A stretch of 64,000 bases of DNA from Spirochaetia bacterium (GTDB lineage Bacteria > Spirochaetota > Spirochaetia > SZUA-6 > Bin103). The DNA lies in the NCBI GenBank assembly GCA_965208575.1, contig CBDBOV010000006.1, positions 1,184,001 through 1,248,000 of the forward strand, given 5' to 3'. Of the stretch, positions 55,531-64,000 are shown in pieces. The notes beneath the pieces were generated by a model that was given only the letters and a program-made list of their open reading frames with translations, did no database searches and was not told where the DNA came from. The translations under genes and the position numbers were made by a program. The stretch's first letter is position 1. The number at the start of each line of letters is the position of its first letter.

Positions 55531-55629
55531 GGAGTGCCGCGGGGTGCCGCGGGGTGCCGCGGGGTGCCGCGGGGTGCCGCGGGGTGCCGCGGGGTGCCGC
55601 GGGTGCCGGGGGTGCCGGGGGTGCCGGGG
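55531..55629. repeat. GC-rich VNTR between divergent genes
   Basis: GGGGTGCCGC x6 perfect plus one variant (55531-55600), then GGGTGCCGG x3. Confidence 0.95.
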
Positions 55630-55764
55630 CCGTGTACCGGGTCCGTAGGGCACGCTGACGCGCGGTGCGGCCAGCGTTGATGCCGCCCGCCGGCATGCCG
55701 ATATTCCTAGGGAGGTCCGTGGGGCCGGAAACGGCGCACGACGGCACACGAATCGGGGGACGCG

Positions 55765-56838
55765 ATGGGCACATCGGACAGCACGCCACTGCGCGTGGCC
55801 GTGGCGGGCTGCCACCGCCAGGTAACGAGGAAGCCGGGGTCGCACAACTGGGCCGCCGCCTTCACCGAAGTGGCGGACACGCGGGTGGTCGCCGTGTACG
55901 ACCGCGGCGCCGACACGCGGGCCGGGTTCTGCGCCGCCTGGCGCGACACGTGGGGCGCTATCGCCGCCTACGACGACTACGGACGGATGCTGGACGAGGC
56001 ACGCCCCGACATCGTGTGCATCGCCACGCGCCAGACCCATCACGCGGCGCAGATCGTCCGCGCCGCGGCCGCCGGGGTGCGCGGCATCCTGTGCGACAAG
56101 CCGTTCGTCACCACGCTCGCCGAGGCGGATGAAGCGCTGGCGGCGTGCCGGAAGGCGGGAGTGGCGGTCGCCTACGGCACCGAGTGGCGCTGGGACCCGG
56201 CCTACCGCCTGCTTGCCGAACGGCTGCGCCGCGGACTGGTCGGCGAGGTGCGCGCCATCCTGGCCTACGGGGCGCCCAACCTGATCTTCCACGGCTGCCA
56301 TTGGTACGACATCGCCCTGCTGCTCGCCGGCGATGCCGAGCCGCTGTGGGTCAGCGGGCGGGTGGACCCGGTGGCCGACGACGAGCCCGACGAGGGCCGC
56401 CGCCTCGACCCGCCGGGCCGCGCCTGGGTGGGGCTGGAGGGCGGCGCCCTGCTGACCCTGCTGCCGGAGGGCGGCGGGCGCGGCTTCTCGGTGATCGGCA
56501 GCGCCGGCCGTATCGAGATCGTCAACGACGCCCGCCAGGCGTATCTTTGGGAGGCGCAGGCGGGCGGGCCGGGCGCCGGTCACCTGTCCGCCGCCCCCAC
56601 CGGCCTGGAGTTGCCGCAGCCCGACTCACCCTGGCCCCGGGGAGCGGTGCTGGTGCGCGACCTGGCGCGGGCGGTGCGCGCGGGCGGCGCCACGCAGTGC
56701 GACGTGGAGCAGATCCGCCGCGCCACGGAGATCGGTTTCGCCGTGCACGAGTCGCACGCCGCGGGCGGCGGCGCCGTCACCTTGCCGGTCGCCGACCGCA
56801 CGCGGCGCATCGATCCGCGCGCCTGGGGCAACGATTAG
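55765..56838 (+). CDS. Gfo/Idh/MocA family oxidoreductase
   Basis: RVAVAGC, PDIVCIAT...H, ILCDKP and HGCHWYD motifs. Confidence 0.9.
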   Translation: MGTSDSTPLRVAVAGCHRQVTRKPGSHNWAAAFTEVADTRVVAVYDRGADTRAGFCAAWRDTWGAIAAYDDYGRMLDEARPDIVCIATRQTHHAAQIVRAAAAGVRGILCDKPFVTTLAEADEALAACRKAGVAVAYGTEWRWDPAYRLLAERLRRGLVGEVRAILAYGAPNLIFHGCHWYDIALLLAGDAEPLWVSGRVDPVADDEPDEGRRLDPPGRAWVGLEGGALLTLLPEGGGRGFSVIGSAGRIEIVNDARQAYLWEAQAGGPGAGHLSAAPTGLELPQPDSPWPRGAVLVRDLARAVRAGGATQCDVEQIRRATEIGFAVHESHAAGGGAVTLPVADRTRRIDPRAWGND

Positions 56839-56866
56839 GGAGAGAATCCGAACCGCGGGAGAGACA

Positions 56867-59800
56867 ATGGGACGCACCGGATTGGCCACTCACAGGGCAG
56901 ACAGCACGCGGCACGTGAATGCCGCCGATGCACCGGTGGCGGACGGCGCGGCTCCCGCGTACGCGCCCGGTCCGGCGCCGCCCGTCCCCCCCGCGGCCGT
57001 CACTCCGCCGCCGGCAGACAACCACGCGGCCGCGGCGCGCGAACCGGGCCGTGCCGCGCCCGGCGCCGCCAACGCTCCCATTCCACCCGATCCGGGCGGC
57101 CGCACCGCGATGGCGCGCGCGCCGAGCCCGGCAACGCCCGCGCCGCCCGCTGCAGGCGGCCGCACCGCGACGCCGCGTGTACCTGGGCCGGCGCCGCCGG
57201 TCCCTCACGGTCCACCCGCGCGACCCGCTACAGGCGGTCGCACCGCGACGGCGCGTGTACCCGGCCCGGCCCGGCCGGTCTCTCGCAATCCGCCCGCTCC
57301 ACCCGCTACCGGCGGTCGCACCGCGACGGCGCGTGTACCTGGTCCGGCGCCGCCGGTCCCTTGCAATCCGCCCGCTCCACCCGCTACCGGCGACCGCACC
57401 GCGACGGCGGCCACGCCCGGTCCGGCACGGCCTGCCCCTCGCAATCCGCCCCCGCCGCCCGCTACCGGCGACCGCACCGCGATGGCGCGTGTACCCGGCC
57501 CGGCTCCGCCGGTCCCCTGCGATCCGCCCGCGCCGCCCGCTGCAGGCGGTCGCACCGCGATGGCGCGTGCACCCGGCCCGGCTCCGCCGGTCCCCTGCGA
57601 TCCGCCCGCGCCGCCCGCTGCAGGCGGTCGCACCGCGATGGCGCGTGTACCCGGCCCGGCGCGGCCGGTCCCTCGCAATCCGCCCGCTCCACCCGCTGCA
57701 GGCGACCGCACCGCGACGGCGCGTGTACCCGGCCTGGCACCGCCGGTCCCCTGCGCTTCGCCCGCGCCGCCCGCTACCGGCGACCGCACCGCGACGGCGC
57801 GTGCACCCAGCTTGGCACCGCCGGTCCCTCACGGTCCACTCGCGCCGCCCGCTACCGGCGACCGCACCGCAAGCGTGCGCACGCCCAGCCCGGCGCGGCC
57901 GGTCCCTCGCAATCCGCCCGCTCCACCCGCTACCGGCGACCGCACCGCGATGGCGCGTGTACCCGGCCCGGCCCGGCCTGTCTCTCGCAATCCGCCCGCT
58001 CCACCCGCTGCAGGCGGTCGCACCGCGACGGCGCGTGTACCCAGCCCGGCGCCGCCGGTCCCTCGCGGTCCGTTCGCCGCGGACGACGGCTCGGCCTCTA
58101 CCCGCGCCCGCGGCTCTGTGCCGCCCGTCCCCTTCGCAGCCCCCAAACCACCGCCGGCGGGCGGCGGCTCAGCCGCGGCGCACGCGCCGGACACCGCCTC
58201 ACCCGACCGTTCCGCGGCTTCCAAACCGCCGGCAGCGGCGCGCACGGCCAGGTCGGCCGCGGCCGCGGCGGCGGTACGCGAGGCCCTTGAGCGGCTGGTG
58301 TCGATGCGCGCCGCCATGGTGCGGCTGGTCGAGACGGGCGTTGCCGCCATGCGCAGTGCCGCGGTGTACGACGGCCCGGCACACCTGGCCGCCAAGCGGT
58401 TGGCGACGGCGAAGTACGCCCTCCCGGCCGCGCTGTTCGCGGTGTGTCTTGCCGCGTACGTGAGCAACGGCGACTTCCTCCCCGGCAGCGACCAGCAGGG
58501 CAACATGCTGTTTAGCATCAACCTGCTCAAGCGCCAGTCGCTGTCTCTCGGCCCGTTGGATGCGCCCTACTCGTTCTCCTGGACCCTGCAGCAGCCCGGC
58601 GAGCAGCCGCTCAGGGTCACCGTGGACCAGTGGAACAGCGCCGCCGACGAGGCGTACCGGGACGGCCGCCTGCAAGCCGTCGATCACCACTTCTACCTGG
58701 CCGAGACGACGCGCCACCAGGTGTTCGTCAACACGTTCGGCCTCGGCGCACCGCTGTTCGGGCTGCCGGTATATGCCCTGCTCGACCTGTTCGTGGAGAT
58801 CGAGAACAATCGCTTCTGGTGGTGGCACGGCGGCGCCCTCACCGCCGCCCTGCTGACCGCCGGCGCGGCGCTGTTCGTGTTCCTGGCGGCGCGCGGCTTC
58901 GTCCGGCCGCTGCCGGCGGCCCTGGTGGCGCTGGCGTTCGGATTGGGCAGTTGCGCATGGCCGGTCAGCAGCCAGGCACTATGGCAGCATCCGGCGAGTA
59001 CGTTCTGCCTCAGCGTGGGCGCCTGGCTGCTGCTGCGCGGTGACCCGCGCCGGCACGCGGACGCCTGGTGCGGGGCGGCTCTCGGGATGGCCGTGCTGTG
59101 CCGGCCGGCGACCTCCGTGGCGGTGGTGTGCGTGGGCGCCTACCTGCTGTGGGCCGATCGCCGCCGATTCCTCGCCTACCTCTGCGGCGGACTGCCGTTC
59201 CTGGCGATACTGGCGTCCTACAACACCTACCACTTCGGCAGCCCGCTGGAGTTCGGCCAGACGCTGGTGTCCAGGGCGGTCGCGCTGCGCGCCACCGGCA
59301 GCGAGCACCTGTGGCAGAGCTCCTGGAGCGAGAGTCTTCCCGGCCTGCTGATCAGCCCGGCGCGCGGGCTGCTCTGGTTCTCGCCGGTGCTGGCGCTGGC
59401 GCTGGCCGGCGCCGCGGCCGTGTGGCGCGAGCGGCGCTACCGTCCGCTGATCCCGCTGTTGGCGTCCGCCGTGCTGATGATCCTGGCGGCCGGCAAGTGG
59501 TTCGACTGGTGGGGCGGCACGGTCTGGGGCTACCGCACCATCGTCGACACCGCACCGTTCCTGGCCCTGCTGCTGATACCGATCATCGAGCGGATGCTTG
59601 CCGCCCGCGCTCCCCGCGCCGTGTTCGCGGCGCTGCTGCTGTGGTCGATCGGCGTGCAGTTCGTGGGCGCCTATACCTACAACCTGGTCGGATGGATCGA
59701 CCACTGGCGCGAGCAGGACAACCCCGACCACGCCAGCCTGTGGCAGTGGCAGCGGCCGCAGATCGGCTACCACCTGGCCAACTTCGGGCAACAGCGCGCG

Positions 59801-60484
59801 CTGAAGAGGCAGTTGGTGGCGGCGCACGCCAACAGTGCGACGCCGATTCTCATCCTGCGCGACCGGCCGCGGCAGGAGACCGCCAACGGCGCCGCCCCCC
59901 GCGGTCCGAACCAACGCGATCCGGCGGTGATGCAGCGCCACGCCGAGTCGCTGCTGGAGCATGGCCGCTACGAAGACGCGCTCGCCGCGTTCGGGGAGAT
60001 CCTGGAGATCGACCCCGAGTACGCGCTGGCCCACGCCGGCACCGGCGATGCGCTGTTTCGCATGCGCCGGTACGAGGATGCCCTGGCGGCAATGGGCCGC
60101 GCCCTGGCGCTGCGGCCCGACCTGCCGGTGGCAGGCTCGCTGCACCGCTTGATGGGCCGCAGCAATCAGGAGCTGGGCCGGCCCGACGAAGCCCTGCCCC
60201 ACTACGAGCGCGCGTTGCAGATCGATCCCGACGATGCGCGGGCAATCGAACTGCTCGCCCGGCTGCAATTCGTGCGGGAGCGCTACCTGGAGTCGTTCTC
60301 CCTGTTCCAGACCCTGGTCGGGTTCGACCCGGACAACGCCGAGATCCATGCCAACCTGGGCGCCGCGCTCTACCACCTGGGACGGGTCGAAGACGCTATT
60401 GCAAGCTTCGAGCGCGCCCTCTCACTCGACCCGGCGCTGGAGTCGGTGCGCACCACCCTCGACCAGTTGCGCAGCGCGCGATAG
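56867..60484 (+). CDS. Polytopic GT-C-like membrane protein with C-terminal TPRs and possible N-terminal Pro/Ala/Thr repeat region (alternative start 58304)
   Basis: Multi-TM region with SQALWQH, CRP, SPARGLLWFSP and WWGG-VWGYR motifs; about 5 TPR units from ~59930. Confidence 0.78.
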   Translation: MGRTGLATHRADSTRHVNAADAPVADGAAPAYAPGPAPPVPPAAVTPPPADNHAAAAREPGRAAPGAANAPIPPDPGGRTAMARAPSPATPAPPAAGGRTATPRVPGPAPPVPHGPPARPATGGRTATARVPGPARPVSRNPPAPPATGGRTATARVPGPAPPVPCNPPAPPATGDRTATAATPGPARPAPRNPPPPPATGDRTAMARVPGPAPPVPCDPPAPPAAGGRTAMARAPGPAPPVPCDPPAPPAAGGRTAMARVPGPARPVPRNPPAPPAAGDRTATARVPGLAPPVPCASPAPPATGDRTATARAPSLAPPVPHGPLAPPATGDRTASVRTPSPARPVPRNPPAPPATGDRTAMARVPGPARPVSRNPPAPPAAGGRTATARVPSPAPPVPRGPFAADDGSASTRARGSVPPVPFAAPKPPPAGGGSAAAHAPDTASPDRSAASKPPAAARTARSAAAAAAVREALERLVSMRAAMVRLVETGVAAMRSAAVYDGPAHLAAKRLATAKYALPAALFAVCLAAYVSNGDFLPGSDQQGNMLFSINLLKRQSLSLGPLDAPYSFSWTLQQPGEQPLRVTVDQWNSAADEAYRDGRLQAVDHHFYLAETTRHQVFVNTFGLGAPLFGLPVYALLDLFVEIENNRFWWWHGGALTAALLTAGAALFVFLAARGFVRPLPAALVALAFGLGSCAWPVSSQALWQHPASTFCLSVGAWLLLRGDPRRHADAWCGAALGMAVLCRPATSVAVVCVGAYLLWADRRRFLAYLCGGLPFLAILASYNTYHFGSPLEFGQTLVSRAVALRATGSEHLWQSSWSESLPGLLISPARGLLWFSPVLALALAGAAAVWRERRYRPLIPLLASAVLMILAAGKWFDWWGGTVWGYRTIVDTAPFLALLLIPIIERMLAARAPRAVFAALLLWSIGVQFVGAYTYNLVGWIDHWREQDNPDHASLWQWQRPQIGYHLANFGQQRALKRQLVAAHANSATPILILRDRPRQETANGAAPRGPNQRDPAVMQRHAESLLEHGRYEDALAAFGEILEIDPEYALAHAGTGDALFRMRRYEDALAAMGRALALRPDLPVAGSLHRLMGRSNQELGRPDEALPHYERALQIDPDDARAIELLARLQFVRERYLESFSLFQTLVGFDPDNAEIHANLGAALYHLGRVEDAIASFERALSLDPALESVRTTLDQLRSAR
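57095..58075 (+). repeat. 78-bp (26-aa) tandem repeat, 13 units (first shortened)
   Basis: Consensus G[GD]RTA[TM]ARVPGPA[PR]PVP[RC]NPPAPPA[TA]; DNA core CGCACCGCGA[CT]GGCGCGTG. Confidence 0.93.
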
Positions 60485-60712
60485 CCGAACCCCACCGGCC
60501 GCGGCGCGGGGCGGACGCTCGGAGAGCGGTTGTCCGGTCGCGCGGGCATGACCGGGTCCGCCCTGCCGGCCGCGGCGCGCTGCGGCGCGGGCAATCAGCG
60601 CGTGGCGTCCGGTGGCGCTGACAACACCCGCTGCTCGCTGCCGAACCTCGCCGGATCTGCCGGACCTGCCGGACTCTGCACCGGCGACCACGATCCGCGT
60701 TACAGTACGGCC

Positions 60713-61492
60713 ATGCGGTTTCTGCGCAAACGGGTGCTGGCCGGCGAGGTGCTGGCCGGCACGTTCTGCAACCTGGGCTCGCCGATCACCACCGAGATCG
60801 CCGGCCGCGCCGGCTTCGACTGGCTGCTGCTCGACCTGGAACACGGCTCCGGCGACCAGAGTGAATTGATGCACCAGCTCCAGGCCGCGGGCGCCGCGGA
60901 CACGCCGGCGCTGGTGCGCATCGCCTGGAACGAGCCTTGGCGCTTCAAGCGGGTGCTCGACGCCGGCGCCGCCGGGGTGATGGTGCCGTGGGTGAGCACG
61001 CCCGAGGAGGCGCGCGCCGCCGCCGAGGCGATGCGCTACTTCCCGGACGGGGTGCGCGGCGCGGCCACGCTGATCCGCGCCAACGGCTTCAGCCGCAAAC
61101 GCGACGAGTACCTGGCGGACGCCAACGACAACCTGCTCACCGTGGTGCAGATCGAGACCCGGCAGGCGGTGGACAACGCCGCCGCCATCGCCGCCGTCGA
61201 GGGGGTCGACGTGCTGTTCGTGGGGCCGTTCGACCTGTCGATCGGCCTCGACATCCGCGGCCAGTTCGACCATCCGCGGCTCACGGCGGCGCTCGAGACG
61301 GTGGTGGCCGGCGCGCGCGCCGCGGGCAAGGCGGCGGGCATCCTGCTGCAGCGCACCGACCAGGTGGCGGCCACCGTGAAGCGCGGCTTCACCTTCGTCG
61401 CGATCGGCTCCGACGCCGGCCTGGTGGCCAACGGCATGGCCGAGCTGGCGGACGCATTCACCCCCTACCGCATGCGCCTGGAGGAGGGGTAG
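60713..61492 (+). CDS. HpcH/HpaI aldolase family protein
   Basis: GFDWLLLDLEH, RVLDAGA-GVMVP, QIET and DVLFVGP-DLS motifs. Confidence 0.93.
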   Translation: MRFLRKRVLAGEVLAGTFCNLGSPITTEIAGRAGFDWLLLDLEHGSGDQSELMHQLQAAGAADTPALVRIAWNEPWRFKRVLDAGAAGVMVPWVSTPEEARAAAEAMRYFPDGVRGAATLIRANGFSRKRDEYLADANDNLLTVVQIETRQAVDNAAAIAAVEGVDVLFVGPFDLSIGLDIRGQFDHPRLTAALETVVAGARAAGKAAGILLQRTDQVAATVKRGFTFVAIGSDAGLVANGMAELADAFTPYRMRLEEG

Positions 61493-61497
61493 CACCG

Positions 61498-62463
61498 ATG
61501 GCGAGCATCATGATCACCGGCCCGGTCGACCCGCTGGTGGCCGACACGCTCAGCCCGTTCGGGACCGCGGTGGAGACCCCCGACATCGAGGAGCGCACCC
61601 TCATCGAGCACGCCCCCGACGCGGTGGCCATCGTGTGCCGCGGCGAGGCCCGCATCACGCGCGCGGTGATCGACGCGGCGCCGGGCCTGCGCGTGATCGG
61701 GCGCACCGGCGTCGGCGTGGACAGCATCGACGTGGCGCGCGCCACCGAACGCGGCATCCCGGTGATCAACACCCCCGGCGCCAACTCCCGGTCGGTCGCG
61801 GAGGGCGCCCTGACCCTCGCCCTGGTGCTGCTCAAGGAGGTGTTCCACTGGGACCGGCAGGTGCGCACCGGCAACTGGGCGGCGCGCTACCGGCTCATCA
61901 CGCGCGACATCGAGGGCACCGTGCTCGGCATCGTCGGCTTCGGCAACATCGGCCGCACCCTGGCCGGGCTCGCCCTGCCGCTCGGCTTCACCGTGGTGGC
62001 CAGCGACCCGTTCGTCACCGCCGCCGACGCCCAGGCCGCCGGAGTGGAACTGCTGCCGCTGGAGGAACTGCTGGGCCGGGCCGACGTGGTGAGCCTGCAC
62101 GCCACCCTCACCGCCGCCACCGCCGGCCTGATCGACGCCGCCGCCGTGGCGCGCATGAAGCGCGGCGCCCTGCTGCTCAACCTCGGCCGCGGCGGCCTGA
62201 TCGACGACCTCGACACGCTGCACGACGCGCTGCAGGAGGGCCGCCTCGGCGCCGTGGCGCTCGACACCTTCGAGCCGGAGCCGCCCGACCTCGGCCACCC
62301 CATCTTCCGCCATGAGCGCTGCATCTGCTCGCCGCACGTGCTCGGCCTCACCCCCGGCGCCATGCACCGCATCTACACCTCAATGGCCGCCGACATGGCC
62401 GCCGTCCTGTCCGGCAAGCCCCCCCGCCACTGCGTCAACCCCCAAACCCTCCCCGGTGGATGA
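61498..62463 (+). CDS. D-isomer 2-hydroxyacid dehydrogenase (SerA-like catalytic domain)
   Basis: GRTGVGVDSID, NTPGAN, GFGNIG, RGGLID and LDTFEPEP...SPH motifs. Confidence 0.92.
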   Translation: MASIMITGPVDPLVADTLSPFGTAVETPDIEERTLIEHAPDAVAIVCRGEARITRAVIDAAPGLRVIGRTGVGVDSIDVARATERGIPVINTPGANSRSVAEGALTLALVLLKEVFHWDRQVRTGNWAARYRLITRDIEGTVLGIVGFGNIGRTLAGLALPLGFTVVASDPFVTAADAQAAGVELLPLEELLGRADVVSLHATLTAATAGLIDAAAVARMKRGALLLNLGRGGLIDDLDTLHDALQEGRLGAVALDTFEPEPPDLGHPIFRHERCICSPHVLGLTPGAMHRIYTSMAADMAAVLSGKPPRHCVNPQTLPGG

Positions 62464-62494
62464 ACCAGGACTCACAGGAGGACGAACACTCAAG

Positions 62495-63550
62495 ATGCCC
62501 CTATTTCGGATCGATAATCGCAAGATCTTGCCGATCGAAAGCACCACCTTCGAGGCGAACGATATGCATGAGCGAAAAGATCTGCAGGATATGCTGAAGT
62601 CTCATGTCAAGGTGATCGCACCCGACGTGCTGGTCGTTGCCGAAGAGTTCCGCGAGTGGGAAGACAGTCACCGCCGAATCGATCTTCTCGGGCTCGACAA
62701 AGAGGCCAATCTGGTGGTGATCGAATTGAAGCGAGATGAAGACGGGAAGCACATGGAGCTTCAAGCTCTTCGGTACGCCGCTATGATTTCAGCGTTGACA
62801 TTCAGCAGACTCATCGAGATTTATGAGGACTTTCTCAGCAACGAGGAGAACGACATTGATGCCAGACAGGAACTCCTTACATTTCTCGACTGGGATGAGG
62901 TTGACGAAGACGCCTTTGGGAACATAGTCAAGATTGTTCTTGTAGCGGCAGATTTCTCGAAGGAGCTATGCACCACTGTGATGTGGCTCAATGATTTTGG
63001 TATCGATATCCGATGTGTTCGTATTGCACCGTATCGACACAATGGCGAATTGCTGTTGGACGTTCAAACAGTAATTCCTCTCCCTGAGATGGCAGATTTT
63101 CGGATTAGAATACGAGAAAAGAGAATAGCCCAAGAGGCGCAGAAAGGATCGAGAGACTACACAAAGTACAACGTGACAGTGGCAGGAAAAACATTCCAGA
63201 ATATGAACAAGAGACAGATGATGTTTCGCATTGTCGCTGAGGCAATCGTCGCGCGCAAATCCCCTGATGACATCAACAACGTGATCCCAGTGAAGAAGAG
63301 CAATCTATTTATGGCATTCGACGGCAAACTCGGTTCTAATGAATTCATCGAAAGGATCACGTCCTCAAAGAACGAAGGATCCGCAAACCGGTACTTCACT
63401 CGCACCGCCGAGTTGTTTTGCCACAGCGGGAAGACCTATGCTCTAACCAATCAGTGGAACAAGGACTCGGTCGAGAAGGCACTTAATTCGTTGAAGGAAG
63501 CATATCCAGACATCGGAATCAGCTTTGAGCCCGCCGAGCAGACGGTCTGA
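62495..63550 (+). CDS. NucS/DUF91-like PD-(D/E)XK endonuclease with unrecognised C-terminal domain (low-GC cassette)
   Basis: ERKDLQ, RRIDLLGLD...LVVIELKR...QALRYAA; C-terminal YALTNQW. Confidence 0.8.
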   Translation: MPLFRIDNRKILPIESTTFEANDMHERKDLQDMLKSHVKVIAPDVLVVAEEFREWEDSHRRIDLLGLDKEANLVVIELKRDEDGKHMELQALRYAAMISALTFSRLIEIYEDFLSNEENDIDARQELLTFLDWDEVDEDAFGNIVKIVLVAADFSKELCTTVMWLNDFGIDIRCVRIAPYRHNGELLLDVQTVIPLPEMADFRIRIREKRIAQEAQKGSRDYTKYNVTVAGKTFQNMNKRQMMFRIVAEAIVARKSPDDINNVIPVKKSNLFMAFDGKLGSNEFIERITSSKNEGSANRYFTRTAELFCHSGKTYALTNQWNKDSVEKALNSLKEAYPDIGISFEPAEQTV

Positions 63551-63632
63551 GTGGCCTGCGTCGCTAAGAACAAGGATGGCTCGGCCGCTCGGTAAGGGAG
63601 GCCCGGAGCGTTAGGTTAGGAGTTGGTTGATG

Positions 63633-64000
63633 TCACAGCGTTGCTTGCCACAGTTCCACGGCACGTACGAGGGTGGGCTCCAACCACGCCAGGAAACGCT
63701 CACCGGCTTCCTCCATCGGTTCCTTGTAGTTGATCTGAAACACTTCTTCCGAGACCGGTTCACCTGCGGTGACTTGCCGCTCCCCTGTCTCCGTGGCGGT
63801 GCGCTGAAAACAGACCGCCGCACAGGCCAGAACGCCCTGGAACTCTTGGCCAAGGCCATGGAACGAGACCAACAACTCGGTACGGTCGGCATCGTTGTTC
63901 TCCATCACCAACCGCGCCCAGGACCGGTAGGTTTCGCGGTTTGCGTAGTATCCCAGTTGTTTTGCAGATTCGACGATTTGCCAAGCGAAGTAGTGGCTGT
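63633..64000 (-). CDS. C-terminal part of a gene entering from the right edge, possibly Fic family
   Basis: The frame is open to the window edge (HYFAWQIVESAKQLGYYAN...LLVSFHGLG...FQINY-E...RF-AWLE). The Fic assignment is from recall of similar C-termini; the Fic motif itself is not in the window. Confidence 0.5.
   Translation of the reverse strand, partial: SHYFAWQIVESAKQLGYYANRETYRSWARLVMENNDADRTELLVSFHGLGQEFQGVLACAAVCFQRTATETGERQVTAGEPVSEEVFQINYKEPMEEAGERFLAWLEPTLVRAVELWQATL

Noticed and set aside
57095-58075. CRISPR array
   Set aside because: The units are similar along their whole 78 bp with no unique spacers, and there are no cas genes. It is a tandem repeat.
60648-60678. Short 9-bp repeats (GCCGGAYCT x3), also CAGAC repeats near 21910
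   Set aside because: Too short and too few to distinguish from chance or trivial slippage in GC-rich DNA.

Overview
This is a high-GC bacterial chromosomal window; I judged composition by eye and did not compute it. The 'AFAAGEGE' solute-binding-protein N-terminus suggests Spirochaetota, and the gene mix resembles host- or sponge-associated MAGs (inference). The backbone is metabolic and transport genes: Eis-like GNAT, MATE, nfo, a GldAFG-like ABC system, enolase-superfamily and 2-hydroxyacid dehydrogenases, GGT, a heterodimeric ABC exporter, a methylated-amine catabolic cluster, a sulfatase, a sugar ABC system and a GT-C/TPR protein. Many small, lower-GC cassettes interrupt it: lipoproteins, toxin-antitoxin modules and stubs, PD-(D/E)XK and HNH nucleases, and Cas2/VapD-like small proteins. 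I recognised no integrase, transposase, reverse transcriptase, tRNA, rRNA or CRISPR array. The main signals are: (1) two cassettes bracketed by diverged duplicates of neighbouring host sequence, namely an ~870-bp repeat containing a whole heptad-VNTR nuclease gene and a 93-bp sulfatase 5' duplicate whose changes are mostly synonymous; (2) a ~145-nt multi-stem element upstream of an inserted lipoprotein pair; (3) an 81-bp-period array with palindromic cores inside an HNH gene, with an orphan unit 41 kb away; (4) a BBOX-like plus HD-domain pair beside two GcvT-family genes; (5) a pervasive leaderless-type promoter geometry. All family assignments come from motif recognition by eye, not database searches.
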